Made by a program: the position numbers and the translations under genes. A stretch of DNA of 45,742 nucleotides from an uncultured Candidatus Saccharibacteria bacterium (GTDB lineage: Bacteria; Patescibacteriota; Minisyncoccia; Phycocordibacterales; JACOZG01): NCBI GenBank assembly GCA_964460805.1, contig CAYWPU010000004.1:1-45742 (forward strand). Direction: 5' to 3'. The notes under the pieces are model-generated. The model was not told where the DNA came from. It ran no database searches and saw only the letters and a program-made list of their open reading frames with translations. Of this stretch, positions 35,821 through 45,741 are shown one piece after another (position 1 is the first letter of the stretch; the number at the start of each line of letters is the position of its first letter).

Positions 35821-35852
35821 CAAAATTTTGAATTGGTGCTAAATTGGTAAGT

Positions 35853-36266
35853 ATGAAAAACAAATTTATTTTGCTGGCGGTGCTGGTTATTGTGGCAATT
35901 ATTGCAATCTTTGCTCGCTCGGGGAATGACATGATTAAAGTGGCGAGTCCGAGAGCGGATCAGCTTGTTTCCAGTCCGCTGGTAGTGAGTGGTCAGGCGC
36001 GCGGGACTTGGTATTTTGAGGCTTCTTTTCCGGTCAAATTATTTGATGCAAACGGTGTGGAACTGGCAGTAGTTCCCGCGCAAGCGCAAGGCGACCCAGC
36101 CACAGGCGAGGTAAACTGGATGACGGAAGACTTTGTGCCGTTCTTGGCCACGCTCAATTTTGCGCAACCCAACACAGATACTGGCAAATTAGTTTTAGAA
36201 AAAGATAATCCGTCTGGTTTGCCAGAACACGCCGATCAAGTTGAGATTCCGGTGCGGTTCAGGTAG
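35853..36266 (+). CDS. Gmad2 immunoglobulin-like domain protein, membrane-anchored or secreted
   Basis: SPLVVSGQARGTWYFEASFPVKLFDANG...FVPFLATLNF. ATG 35853 lies 7 nt after TGcTAAATT; the ORF-track start is TTG 35844. Confidence 0.65.
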   Translation: MKNKFILLAVLVIVAIIAIFARSGNDMIKVASPRADQLVSSPLVVSGQARGTWYFEASFPVKLFDANGVELAVVPAQAQGDPATGEVNWMTEDFVPFLATLNFAQPNTDTGKLVLEKDNPSGLPEHADQVEIPVRFR

Positions 36267-36275
36267 ATTAAGTGC

Positions 36276-38312
36276 GTGAGTAAATTTAAATTAAATTCTA
36301 AATTTAAACCTGCCGGCGATCAGCCTAAGGCTATTTCTAGCTTGGTGGCGGGTCTGGAGAAGGGCGAGAGACACCAGACTCTGCTTGGCGTAACCGGCTC
36401 GGGCAAGACTTTTACTATTGCGAACGTGATAGAGCGAGTGCAGAAGCCAACATTAGTGATTGCCCACAATAAGACGCTCGCGGCGCAGCTTGCTCAAGAG
36501 TATCAGGACTTTTTTCCCGATAACGCTGTGCACTATTTTGTTTCTTATTATGATTATTACCAGCCGGAGGCTTATATCGCGGCTACTGATACTTATATAG
36601 AGAAAGACGCGCAGATCAATAAAGAAATAGACAGACTGAGACATGCTAGCACGCAAGCGCTCTTGACGAGGAAAGATGTGATTATTGTCGCGTCTGTGTC
36701 TTGCATTTACGGCCTCGGCTCGCCAAAAGAATACGAAGAGGAAAATCTGAAGTTGAGCGTGGGACAGAAAATTGGTCGGCAGGAATTGCTGAAAAATCTA
36801 ATTAAAATACATTACACGCGGAGCAATGCTGATCTCGCGTCCGGAATCTTCCGCATCATTGGCAACTCGGTGGAAGTGATCCCGCCCGGGGCGAAAGAGA
36901 TTTTTAATATTATTCTGGACGGCGATAAGATCTCAGAAATTAGGAAAATAGATGCTATTTCTCGCGTGGTATTAGAGAGTTTGCAAACAGTTTTCCTCTT
37001 CCCGGCCAAACACTTTATCACCAGTCCCGCCGCGCGAGACCGAGCGATCAAGGCGATCAGGTCAGAGCTGAGCATGAGATTGAAAGAATTAGAGAAAGCG
37101 GGGAAATTGCTGGAAGCCGATAGACTCAAACGCCGGACTAATTACGATCTCTCTATGATTAGAGAAGTTGGCTATTGCAACGGTATTGAGAATTATTCTA
37201 GACATCTCTCCGGTCGGGAGGCTGGCGAGCCGCCAGACACGCTGCTCTCTTATTTCCCTCATTCTGCTTCTGGCAAACCTGATTTTTTGACAATCATAGA
37301 CGAATCGCATGTGACTATTCCGCAGGTGTCTGGCATGTACGCTGGCGATGCGAGTCGGAAGAATAATCTAGTAGAATATGGTTTTAGACTGCCAAGTGCT
37401 CGAGATAATAGACCGCTCAAGTTTGACGAGTTTAACGAGCGAGTGGGTCAGGTCATCTATACCAGCGCTACACCAGCGGATTATGAGAAAGAGGCGAGTG
37501 GGAAAAATATCGTGGAGCAGATCATCAGGCCAACGGGTTTGGTTGATCCGGAATTGGAAGTACGTCCCGTGATCTCGGCGGGCAAGTATACCGGGCAAGT
37601 AAAAGATTTTATTGCTGAAGCGGAGAAGGTAATTAAGAAAGGCAATCGCGCGATTGCTACCACGCTGACCAAGAAGATGGCGGAAGACTTGAGCGATTAT
37701 CTCAAGCAAGAGGGAATCAAAACGGAGTATTTGCACAGCGAGATCAAGACGCTAGAACGGATCGGGATCTTGACTGACTTCCGCCTCGGCAAATTTGATT
37801 GCCTCGTGGGCGTGAACTTGCTACGAGAAGGATTGGACTTGCCGGAAGTCTCGCTGATTGGAATATTAGATGCAGATAAAGAAGGCTTTTTGAGATCAGA
37901 AGTCTCGCTGATCCAGACCATCGGCCGCGCCGCGCGCAATGTGGCCGGTCGAGTCATTCTCTATGCTGACTCTATTACCGGCTCAATGAAGAGCGCGATT
38001 GACGAGACCGAGAGACGGCGCGCTATCCAGATCGCTCACAATAAGAAGAATAAAATCACGCCGCAGACTATTATTAAAAAAATCAGAGACATCACTGAGG
38101 CAATGCAGAGCGAGCATGACCGGGCCGTGGGCGAGCTGGTGGCGCTAGACAGAGCCAAATATGGCGACAACCTGAAAGATTTATTGAAAGAGAAGGAAGC
38201 GCAGATGGCCGAGGCAGTGAAAAATCTAGACTTTGAGACGGCGGCGCTCCTGCGGGATGAGATTAGAGCGTTATCGGGTGATACTCTTGACAAGAAGACC
38301 CGCAAGCGTTAG
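36276..38312 (+). CDS. uvrB: excinuclease ABC subunit B
   Basis: KPAGDQPKAI, Walker A GVTGSGKT, DESH and a C-terminal UVR motif (FETAALLRDEI). Confidence 0.95.
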   Translation: MSKFKLNSKFKPAGDQPKAISSLVAGLEKGERHQTLLGVTGSGKTFTIANVIERVQKPTLVIAHNKTLAAQLAQEYQDFFPDNAVHYFVSYYDYYQPEAYIAATDTYIEKDAQINKEIDRLRHASTQALLTRKDVIIVASVSCIYGLGSPKEYEEENLKLSVGQKIGRQELLKNLIKIHYTRSNADLASGIFRIIGNSVEVIPPGAKEIFNIILDGDKISEIRKIDAISRVVLESLQTVFLFPAKHFITSPAARDRAIKAIRSELSMRLKELEKAGKLLEADRLKRRTNYDLSMIREVGYCNGIENYSRHLSGREAGEPPDTLLSYFPHSASGKPDFLTIIDESHVTIPQVSGMYAGDASRKNNLVEYGFRLPSARDNRPLKFDEFNERVGQVIYTSATPADYEKEASGKNIVEQIIRPTGLVDPELEVRPVISAGKYTGQVKDFIAEAEKVIKKGNRAIATTLTKKMAEDLSDYLKQEGIKTEYLHSEIKTLERIGILTDFRLGKFDCLVGVNLLREGLDLPEVSLIGILDADKEGFLRSEVSLIQTIGRAARNVAGRVILYADSITGSMKSAIDETERRRAIQIAHNKKNKITPQTIIKKIRDITEAMQSEHDRAVGELVALDRAKYGDNLKDLLKEKEAQMAEAVKNLDFETAALLRDEIRALSGDTLDKKTRKR

Positions 38313-38339
38313 TTTGAGCTTGGCTGGGAGGTCTTTAAC

Positions 38340-38432
38340 ATGGACACGCTTTGCGGTTGCTGTGGCTCTTGTGGCTGGGCACTATTGCTGTTTGTAATAC
38401 TTGTGTGCTTGGTGACAAGGAAGAAAAAATGA
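38340..38432 (+). CDS. 30-aa Cys-rich small membrane peptide (below the ORF-track cutoff)
   Basis: My translation is MDTLCGCCGSCGWALLLFVILVCLVTRKKK*. GGGAGG lies 9 nt before the ATG. Confidence 0.4.
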   Translation: MDTLCGCCGSCGWALLLFVILVCLVTRKKK

Positions 38433-38455
38433 GAAAACAGAAAGGTAGGTGAGCG

Positions 38456-38608
38456 ATGACTAGACCACTCTGTCAGCATTGGTATTTCTGGTGTCTATCG
38501 CCGGCTTGGATTCCCCTGCTAGTAATTTTCTTTATGGTAGCCCTGGTTTATAAGGCTGGTGACGGGGCAGTATGGGGAGAACCAGAGCCCGCTAGTGACT
38601 ACTATTGA
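38456..38608 (+). CDS. 50-aa small membrane protein (below the ORF-track cutoff)
   Basis: My translation is MTRPLCQHWYFWCLSPAWIPLLVIFFMVALVYKAGDGAVWGEPEPASDYY*. AGGTAGGTGA lies upstream. Confidence 0.4.
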   Translation: MTRPLCQHWYFWCLSPAWIPLLVIFFMVALVYKAGDGAVWGEPEPASDYY

Positions 38609-38691
38609 TGGACGATGGAGATCAACAGGCCTCGGTGAAATATCTGGGGCTTTTTCTTTTTCTAAAAATTGTGCTATAATGGCGGACTTTC

Positions 38692-41295
38692 ATGAGTAAA
38701 GAAAAAATCATTGTCAGAGGTGCACGGACGCATAATCTCAAGAATGTAACGGTAGAGATGCCGCGGAATAAATTGATCGCGTTTACGGGTTTGTCTGGCT
38801 CGGGCAAGTCTAGTCTCGCTTTTGATACGATTTTTGCTGAAGGGCAGAGGCGCTATGTAGAGAGCCTGAGTGCTTATGCGCGGCAGTTCTTGAACACGAT
38901 GCAGAAGCCGGACGTGGATGAGATTGAGGGCCTCTCTCCGGCAATCTCTATTGATCAGAAAACCAGATCTTCTAATCCGAGATCAACAGTGGCGACGGTT
39001 ACAGAGATTTATGACTATCTGCGTGTGCTCTATGCGCGGGTGGGTCGTCCGCACTGTCTGCTCTGCGGGCGGGAAATCCAGAAGTTGTCCGCCGCGGAGA
39101 TTGTTAATCTGGTTAAAGATAGAATCAGCAAGGCTAAGTTGGCGCGAGATGGCGTGCGGATCTATGCGCCGGTGGTGCGCGGGCGGAAGGGTGAATATTA
39201 CCAGCTCTTGTATGACCTGATAGAGAAGGGTTATGCGGAAGTTTTGATCAACGGCGAGCGGAAGAGGTTGCGGGAGAAGATTATTCTAGACAAAAACAAG
39301 AAGCACGAGATTGACGTGCTGATTGACGAGATCAGCCTGGATGATTTTCGGTCTCTGATAAAAACCAAAAATAATAAAAAGATTGCCGAGAGCGTGGCGC
39401 AGGCCAGGCGCGAGGCGGCGCAAGAGCGCCTGAGCGAGGCCGTGGAGCGCGCGCTGGGCGAGAGTGATGGCCTAGTGCGGATCATGCTCGGCGGCTCTTC
39501 TACTATTCTATCTGCGCGCTTTGCTTGTCCATACGACGGCTTTTCTTATCCAGAGGTTGAGCCGAGACTATTTTCTTTCAATTCGCCTTACGGTGCGTGC
39601 CCCACTTGCAATGGCTTGGGTACTAAACATCTCTTTGGCAACGACGCGTGCGAGGACTGCGGCGGTGCCAGATTGAGAAAAGAGGCGCTCCATGTGCGCT
39701 TGGGTAGCCAGAATATTGTGGCAGTGAGTGCGCTCTCGGTGGAGGCGGCTTATGACTTTTTCTGTAAACTCAAACTGAGTGCGCAAGAGCGCGAGATTGC
39801 CAAAGTGGTGCTTAAAGAGATTGAATCGCGGCTCAAGTTTTTGCTAGACGTGGGCTTGGATTATCTCACACTAGATCGCCGAGCCAATACGCTCTCTGGC
39901 GGCGAGAGTCAGAGAATTAGATTAGCCAGCCAGCTTGGTTCTAGATTAGTGGGCGCGCTCTATGTGCTGGACGAGCCGACCATTGGCTTGCACTCGCGCG
40001 ATAACGCTAGATTGATCAAGACCTTAGAGAACCTGCGCGATCTCGGCAATACTATTATTGTGGTAGAGCACGATGAAGACACAATTTTTGCCTCGGATTA
40101 TCTGGTAGACATTGGCCCGGGGGCGGGTATCCACGGCGGGCATATTGTGGTGGCTGATGAGACAGAGAAATTGCTCACAGCAAAGAAGAATAATTTTGGT
40201 TCGCTTACGGTGGATTATCTCCGGGGCGAGCAGAGTGTGCCTGTGCTCGCCGAGCGCCGGTGTGAGGAAAAGGGGAAACTCCAGATCAAGGGTGGGAACG
40301 TCTTTAATATCAAGAATCTAAATGTAGATATCCCGTTGGGTAAACTAGTAGCGGTAACTGGTGTCTCTGGCTCCGGTAAATCATCTTTTGTTTATGAGAT
40401 TGTGTATAAAAATCTGCAAGCGCGGCTGGAGCGGCGCTATCGGAGCAATGAGACACACAATGCCCAAGCTTTTACCAGCACAGACTCTGCCGATTGGCGG
40501 ATTGGCCGGACGGTGCTAATTGACCAGTCGCCCATTGGCCGCACGCCGCGCTCTAATCCGGCAACTTATACCGGTGCGTTCACTTTTATCCGGCAGTTAT
40601 TCGCGGAAACTGAGGGTGCAAGACTGAAGGGTTGGAAGCCGAATCGCTTCTCGTTTAATGTCCCCGGCGGACGTTGCGAGGCCTGCCAGGGTAATGGTCA
40701 GATTGCGGTGGAGATGCACTTTTTACCCACTGTCTATGTGGAGTGTGATGTGTGCCGCGGCAAGCGCTTTGATAAAGAAACACTAGCAGTGAAGTATCGC
40801 GGCAAGAACATTGATCAAGTCCTGCGCATGACGGTAGAGGAAGCGCTCGCGTTCTTCCGTGACGTACCGGCTATTTCTGATAGATTGGGTATGTTGCATG
40901 AAGTGGGCTTGGATTATCTGGAACTGGGCCAGAGTGCCACCACGCTCTCCGGCGGCGAGGCGCAGAGAGTGAAGATCTCCTCCGAGCTCTACCGCTCGCA
41001 CATCACGCGCACTTTCTATATCTTAGACGAGCCGACGGTTGGCTTGCATTATGCTGACGTGGGTAAGCTGGTGGAGATCTTGCACAAGCTGGTGGAGCGC
41101 GGCAATACCGTGCTGGTGATTGAGCATAACTTGGAAGTGATCAAGAACGCGGATTATGTGATTGACCTCGGGCCGGAAGGCGGCACTGGCGGCGGTAACT
41201 TGGTGGCCAAGGGTACGCCAGAGGAGGTGGCGCGAGTGGCTGGCTCGCATACGGCTAAGTACCTGAAGAGCGTGCTACAGAAGCGGAAGAAGTAG
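38692..41295 (+). CDS. uvrA: excinuclease ABC subunit A
   Basis: Two ABC modules ([34 protein letters not shown]) and Zn-finger Cys clusters. 867 aa. Confidence 0.95.
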   Translation: MSKEKIIVRGARTHNLKNVTVEMPRNKLIAFTGLSGSGKSSLAFDTIFAEGQRRYVESLSAYARQFLNTMQKPDVDEIEGLSPAISIDQKTRSSNPRSTVATVTEIYDYLRVLYARVGRPHCLLCGREIQKLSAAEIVNLVKDRISKAKLARDGVRIYAPVVRGRKGEYYQLLYDLIEKGYAEVLINGERKRLREKIILDKNKKHEIDVLIDEISLDDFRSLIKTKNNKKIAESVAQARREAAQERLSEAVERALGESDGLVRIMLGGSSTILSARFACPYDGFSYPEVEPRLFSFNSPYGACPTCNGLGTKHLFGNDACEDCGGARLRKEALHVRLGSQNIVAVSALSVEAAYDFFCKLKLSAQEREIAKVVLKEIESRLKFLLDVGLDYLTLDRRANTLSGGESQRIRLASQLGSRLVGALYVLDEPTIGLHSRDNARLIKTLENLRDLGNTIIVVEHDEDTIFASDYLVDIGPGAGIHGGHIVVADETEKLLTAKKNNFGSLTVDYLRGEQSVPVLAERRCEEKGKLQIKGGNVFNIKNLNVDIPLGKLVAVTGVSGSGKSSFVYEIVYKNLQARLERRYRSNETHNAQAFTSTDSADWRIGRTVLIDQSPIGRTPRSNPATYTGAFTFIRQLFAETEGARLKGWKPNRFSFNVPGGRCEACQGNGQIAVEMHFLPTVYVECDVCRGKRFDKETLAVKYRGKNIDQVLRMTVEEALAFFRDVPAISDRLGMLHEVGLDYLELGQSATTLSGGEAQRVKISSELYRSHITRTFYILDEPTVGLHYADVGKLVEILHKLVERGNTVLVIEHNLEVIKNADYVIDLGPEGGTGGGNLVAKGTPEEVARVAGSHTAKYLKSVLQKRKK

Positions 41296-41304
41296 AAAAA
41301 AGAA

Positions 41305-41338
41305 AGCGTTGAGTACCTCTGGGGTTACTCAACGCTTT
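41305..41338 (+). terminator. hairpin terminator after uvrA (short T-run)
   Basis: agcgttgagta pairs with tactcaacgct (11-bp stem), followed by ttt. There is an A-run upstream. Confidence 0.55.
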
Positions 41339-41403
41339 CCGGAGGGGAAAGAAGCCAAAATCAACACTGATCCTAGTCTATTCCCATCTGTTAAACTAGT
41401 CAA

Positions 41404-42663
41404 ATGATCAAAAGTGGACAACTTAAGCGCTTGCCAGACTCGCCCGGGGTTTACCTCTTTAAGCGCGGGCGGGTGATCTTGTATGTGGGGAAAGCAACCA
41501 GCTTGCGCTCGCGGGTGCGGAGCTATTTTAATCAGAATATTGGCGCGACTCGTGGCGAGTGGATTGTTAAAATGTTGGCGCAAGCCACGCGCGTGGACTT
41601 CCGTCCCACTGACTCTGTGCTAGAGGCTCTGGTTCTAGAATCAGTTTTAATTAAAAAACATCAGCCGGAATATAACACGCTAGAGAAAGATGATTCTAGT
41701 TTCTCTTATATAATCATCACGCGGGAGGAGTTCCCCAGGTTATTACTCGCGCGCGGTACGCAGTTGGCTAGTTTAGATTACAAAGCCAGTAAAATTTTTG
41801 GCCCCTTCCCGCACGCGCGAGAACTGCGCGAGGCACTCAAGCTGATCCGGAAAATCTTCCCGTTCCGTGATAAGTGTTTACCCCGAGCACAGTCGGGGGG
41901 TAAACTGAATCAGACTAGACCCTGCTTCAACGCGCAGATCGGCTTGTGCCCGGGCGTGTGCGCGGGCAAGGTGACGGCAAAAGAATACAGTAAGACGATC
42001 AAGCATCTCAAGTTATTTTTCGCTGGTAAAAAGAAAGAGTTACTCAAGAGCTTAAAGAGCGAGATGAGCAAACTTGCGCGCGAGCAGAAATTTGAACAAG
42101 CTAATCTAGTAAAAAAGCAAATCTTTGCGCTCCAGCACATCCAAGACGTAGCGCTGATTAAACAGGAAAATATTAGAGTAGTAGACGAAACAGGCAGAGA
42201 GGGGAGAGGAAAAAAGATTTTTAGAATAGAAGCTTACGACGTCGCGCACTTGGCAGGCGCTAGCGCCGTGGGCGTGATGGTGGTACTGGAGGACGGCGAG
42301 CTCTCGCCGAGCCAGTATCGCAAGTTCAAGCTCCGCACCGCCAAGCCCGGCGATGACGCCGGCGCGCTGAGGGAGATACTAGAGCGCCGGGCGAATCATC
42401 CGGAGTGGCGCGAGCCGAGCCTGGTGGTGCTAGACGGCGGCTTGATCCAGCTCAACGCGGCTAAAAAAACTTTAGTTCGGAGTGGCTGGAGCGTGCCGGC
42501 AGTCTCTGTCGTCAAAGATGATAAACACAAGCCCAAGGGCGTGCTGGGCGAGCGCAAACTCGCAGAAAAATATGAAACTGAGATCATCCGAGCCAACCAC
42601 GAGGCGCACCGTTTTGCCCTTTCTTATCATCGCCAGTTGCGAGGCAAAAAAGCGTTATTTTAA
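41404..42663 (+). CDS. uvrC: excinuclease ABC subunit C (short form, no C-terminal HhH pair)
   Basis: GIY-YIG domain (PGVYLF...ILYVGKATSLRSRV), UVR domain (EQKFEQANLVKKQIFAL) and endonuclease domain (IEAYDVAHL, VVLDGGLIQL). ATG lies 6 nt after TGtTAAACT. Confidence 0.85.
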   Translation: MIKSGQLKRLPDSPGVYLFKRGRVILYVGKATSLRSRVRSYFNQNIGATRGEWIVKMLAQATRVDFRPTDSVLEALVLESVLIKKHQPEYNTLEKDDSSFSYIIITREEFPRLLLARGTQLASLDYKASKIFGPFPHARELREALKLIRKIFPFRDKCLPRAQSGGKLNQTRPCFNAQIGLCPGVCAGKVTAKEYSKTIKHLKLFFAGKKKELLKSLKSEMSKLAREQKFEQANLVKKQIFALQHIQDVALIKQENIRVVDETGREGRGKKIFRIEAYDVAHLAGASAVGVMVVLEDGELSPSQYRKFKLRTAKPGDDAGALREILERRANHPEWREPSLVVLDGGLIQLNAAKKTLVRSGWSVPAVSVVKDDKHKPKGVLGERKLAEKYETEIIRANHEAHRFALSYHRQLRGKKALF

Positions 42664-42682
42664 GGCTTATTTTGTTAAACGC

Positions 42683-42711
42683 TTGACTTTAGAAGCCAGT
42701 GGGTGTATAAT
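42683..42711 (+). promoter_or_regulatory. sigma70 promoter TTGACT-17-TATAAT
   Basis: TTGACT at 42683-42688 and TATAAT at 42706-42711. Confidence 0.65.
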
Positions 42712-42786
42712 GGGTGTTGGAGGCTAGATTCTAGCCACGGCCCAGCGTCCTGGGATTTGAACTTTGCAAAGAGAAAGGATGAAAAT

Positions 42787-43206
42787 ATGTTAGAAACTTT
42801 TGCTCTCCGGGATGACAGTAGCTTCGGCGCTTTCAGTTGGAGAATGTCTGAGGACGTGGCCAAATGCCTGCAGAACGCACAGGTGAATCTGCGCAAGTCC
42901 GCGGAACGAATAGGCTTGCCCAAGGAAGATTGGGACAAGCCATTTGAGCAACTGGTGAGAGCGATTGAGGAAAACATCAGGGGTTCGCTCTCAATCATCT
43001 CCGCTTCCATCACTGCAGGCCCCTTGGTCGTTGGTTGTTTGTCCCGGATGGAAGAAACGATGAAAGCGCTGGCACTGGATATGCTCCATCATATGACTAC
43101 AGGGGGGGTGAACCTCGATGTACCAAAACGCCGTTTGCCCTCTAGTGGGGCAATCGGCGTTCTTTTTTGTTCAATTCTGCTCTGCTATACTATTTCTAAG
43201 TCATGA
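42787..43206 (+). CDS. hypothetical protein (139 aa; hydrophobic C-terminus)
   Basis: GAAAGGA lies about 8 nt before ATG 42787. The ORF-track start at 42703 overlaps the -10 box. Confidence 0.5.
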   Translation: MLETFALRDDSSFGAFSWRMSEDVAKCLQNAQVNLRKSAERIGLPKEDWDKPFEQLVRAIEENIRGSLSIISASITAGPLVVGCLSRMEETMKALALDMLHHMTTGGVNLDVPKRRLPSSGAIGVLFCSILLCYTISKS

Positions 43207-43208
43207 AT

Positions 43209-43284
43209 CCCGTTAGAAGTACCAGTCGCTTACTCTGGCGGGGGATGAAATGCCACATGTTTAACATTTATAACTTCTAACGGG
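43209..43284. repeat. 12-bp perfect inverted repeat whose 3' arm abuts the histidine-kinase start codon
   Basis: cccgttagaagt (43209-43220) pairs with acttctaacggg (43273-43284). ATG is at 43285. Confidence 0.8.
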
Positions 43285-44241
43285 ATGAACCCTAGCTTAG
43301 TCTTGCTCGTGGCAATAATTGTGGTCTTGTGCCACCCTTTCATCTTCCTCTGGTGGGGTGAGCGGAAGCGGGTCAAGAAGTTGATCGCCATCGCGCAGTT
43401 CAGCCAAGCGCCAAGCAATATGGTGCCGGAGGAGGAAGTTAAGCGGCGGTTGGAAGAAAAAGAGCGGGAAGTGAAGGCACAAGAGCTGGCGCTGGGGATG
43501 GCTAATAAGAACTTGGATAAACTGGATAAGGCGAAGTTTGAGTTTGTGTCGGTTACCACGCACCAGCTCCGCACGCCGCTCTCGGCGATCAAGTGGACCT
43601 TTGATATGTTGGCAAAAGGTCAACTGGGGCCGATCACTGCAGATCAGAAAGTCTTTGTGCAGAAGGGTTACGAGAGCACTGACCGCGCGATTGCGATTGT
43701 GAACGAGCTACTCCGGATTGATTCTATCCAGGAGGGCAAAGAGACCAGAGCCAATTATCAGTTTAGCAATGTAGACATCGGCGACTGGGTACATAATGTC
43801 TCTTTCCCTTTTGCCAATCAGCTTAAGGAGAAGCAGGTAAATTTCACTCTCAACAAGCCAGAGAATCCGGTAGTTGTGGCCATAGATGCCAAGCGGCTAA
43901 GTGTAGCACTAGAGAACTTGCTGGATAATGCGGTTAAGTACAGCAAGTCCGGTGGCGCGGTAACGATCACAGTGAGCGATGCTAAGTTGAACAGCGCCAG
44001 GAGCGCCGTGGAGATCGTGATCAGCGATACCGGCATCGGCATCCCCGAGGCCGAGCAACAGAAGATCTTCCAGCGCTTCTTCCGATCCTCTAATGCAATT
44101 AAATTAGTTACAGACGGCAATGGCTTGGGTCTATCTATAGTGAAAGATATAATTGATAATCATGCTGGCGAGATCTGGTTTGAGAGCAAGGAGAACGGCG
44201 GCACTACTTTCCACATCGTCTTGCCTGTGCAGCAGGAGTAG
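43285..44241 (+). CDS. sensor histidine kinase (single N-terminal TM, HisKA plus HATPase_c)
   Basis: H-box SVTTHQLRTPLSAIKW, N-box LLDNAVKYS, G-boxes DTGIGI and GNGLGLSIV. Confidence 0.9.
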   Translation: MNPSLVLLVAIIVVLCHPFIFLWWGERKRVKKLIAIAQFSQAPSNMVPEEEVKRRLEEKEREVKAQELALGMANKNLDKLDKAKFEFVSVTTHQLRTPLSAIKWTFDMLAKGQLGPITADQKVFVQKGYESTDRAIAIVNELLRIDSIQEGKETRANYQFSNVDIGDWVHNVSFPFANQLKEKQVNFTLNKPENPVVVAIDAKRLSVALENLLDNAVKYSKSGGAVTITVSDAKLNSARSAVEIVISDTGIGIPEAEQQKIFQRFFRSSNAIKLVTDGNGLGLSIVKDIIDNHAGEIWFESKENGGTTFHIVLPVQQE

Positions 44242-44268
44242 TTTGCGCTATAATCAAATCATAAATAA

Positions 44269-44664
44269 ATGGAACCCAATAGCAAAAAACAGATTGTGCT
44301 GATTGTGGAGGATGACGAGTTCCTCCGCTCGCTTGCGGCCAAGAAGCTCGCGCAAGACGGCTTTGATGTGAAAGTGGCCGTGGATGGCGAGAATGCCGTA
44401 ACAGTAGCCAAAGATACTAAGCCGAATCTAATCGTCTTGGATTTGATCCTGCCTGGCATGGACGGCTTTGATGTACTAGAGAAAATCAAAGCCGAAGACG
44501 CGCTCAAGAGCGTGCCGGTGATTGTGTTCTCCAATCTGGGACAAAAAGAAGATGTAGATCGCGCGCAGTACTTGGGTGCCTCTGACTTCTTAGTCAAATC
44601 TAATTTTACACTGGACGACTTGCTAGAGAAGATCAAGACTCAATTATCAGCGCAGAAGCAGTAG
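44269..44664 (+). CDS. stand-alone response-regulator receiver domain protein
   Basis: VLIVEDDEFL, LIVLDLILPGMDGFDV and VFSNLGQKED...FLVKS. Confidence 0.85.
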   Translation: MEPNSKKQIVLIVEDDEFLRSLAAKKLAQDGFDVKVAVDGENAVTVAKDTKPNLIVLDLILPGMDGFDVLEKIKAEDALKSVPVIVFSNLGQKEDVDRAQYLGASDFLVKSNFTLDDLLEKIKTQLSAQKQ

Positions 44665-44677
44665 GGTAACTTAGTCC

Positions 44678-45643
44678 ATGTCCAAGCTTAGGGTGGCAGT
44701 GGTGCGCGGCGGGCCGGGACACGAGTATGATGTCTCGCTACAGACGGGCGAGAGCGTCCTCAAACATTTGCCCGAGCATTACGAGGCGCGCGATATCTTG
44801 GTGGATAAGTCTGGCACTTGGCATCACGGCGGCTTGCCGTTCTCACCTCGCGAAATCTCTCGCCATGCCGATGTGGTCTTCAACGCCATGCACGGCGAGT
44901 ATGGCGAGGATGGCCAGGTCCAGCGCCTCTTGGATACCACCGCAGTGCCTTATACCGGCTCGGGTGCCTATGCCAGTGCAGTGGGGATGAATAAGGAGAT
45001 TGCCAAAGATATCTTCCGTAAAGTTGGCTTGCGAGTGCCGCTGGGCAAATTGCTCCGTCGCGCCGACGGCGCGGCAGCCACTCTCGCCAAACAGATCTTT
45101 GAGAGTATCCCGCCACCCTGGGTTATCAAGCCAGCAGATCGCGGCTCTTCTGTCGGCCTCTATTTGGCAAAGAACTTTGCAGAACTGGTGAGCGCTCTGG
45201 AAGAGTGCTTTAAGTATTCAGATAGGGTGCTGGTAGAAGAGTATATCAAGGGTCGTGAGGCTACCGTGGGCGTGCTGGATCACTTCCGTGATCAAACGCA
45301 CTATGCCTTGCCGCCAATTGAGATCCGCCGACCCGGCGGCACGGATGTCTGGACTTATAACGATAAGTATAACGGCGCAACAGAAGAGATCTGTCCGGGC
45401 AACTTTAGCCAAGAAGAGAAGCGGGAACTAGAGTATCTAGCACGCGTGGCGCATCAAGCCTTGGGTATGCGGCATTATTCTCGTTCGGACTTTATTATTT
45501 CGCCTCGCGGAATTTATTTATTAGAGACTAATAGTTTGCCTGGTCTCACCAGCGAGTCGCTCTTGCCCAAGGCTCTATCTGCCGTGGGTTGCAGTTATCC
45601 CGACTTCCTTGATCACGTCATCCAGTTGGCATTGAGGCGCTAG
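44678..45643 (+). CDS. ddl: D-alanine--D-alanine ligase
   Basis: VAVVRGGPGHEYDVSL, FNAMHGEYGEDGQVQ, ATP-grasp motifs (VIKPADRGSSVG, VEEYIKGRE) and ETNSLPGLT. Confidence 0.9.
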   Translation: MSKLRVAVVRGGPGHEYDVSLQTGESVLKHLPEHYEARDILVDKSGTWHHGGLPFSPREISRHADVVFNAMHGEYGEDGQVQRLLDTTAVPYTGSGAYASAVGMNKEIAKDIFRKVGLRVPLGKLLRRADGAAATLAKQIFESIPPPWVIKPADRGSSVGLYLAKNFAELVSALEECFKYSDRVLVEEYIKGREATVGVLDHFRDQTHYALPPIEIRRPGGTDVWTYNDKYNGATEEICPGNFSQEEKRELEYLARVAHQALGMRHYSRSDFIISPRGIYLLETNSLPGLTSESLLPKALSAVGCSYPDFLDHVIQLALRR

Positions 45644-45668
45644 AGTGCTAGTCTGTGGGAGTTATCTT

Positions 45669-45741
45669 GGGCCCTTAGCTTAGTTGGTAGAGCGCCACAT
45701 TTGCAATGTGGAGGTCATCGGTTCGAATCCGATAGGGTCCA
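45669..45741 (+). tRNA. tRNA-Ala(TGC)
   Basis: GGGCCCT/AGGGTCC acceptor with G3:U70, anticodon stem CCACA/TGTGG with loop TTTGCAA, T loop TTCGAAT. The window ends 1 nt after A73. Confidence 0.9.
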
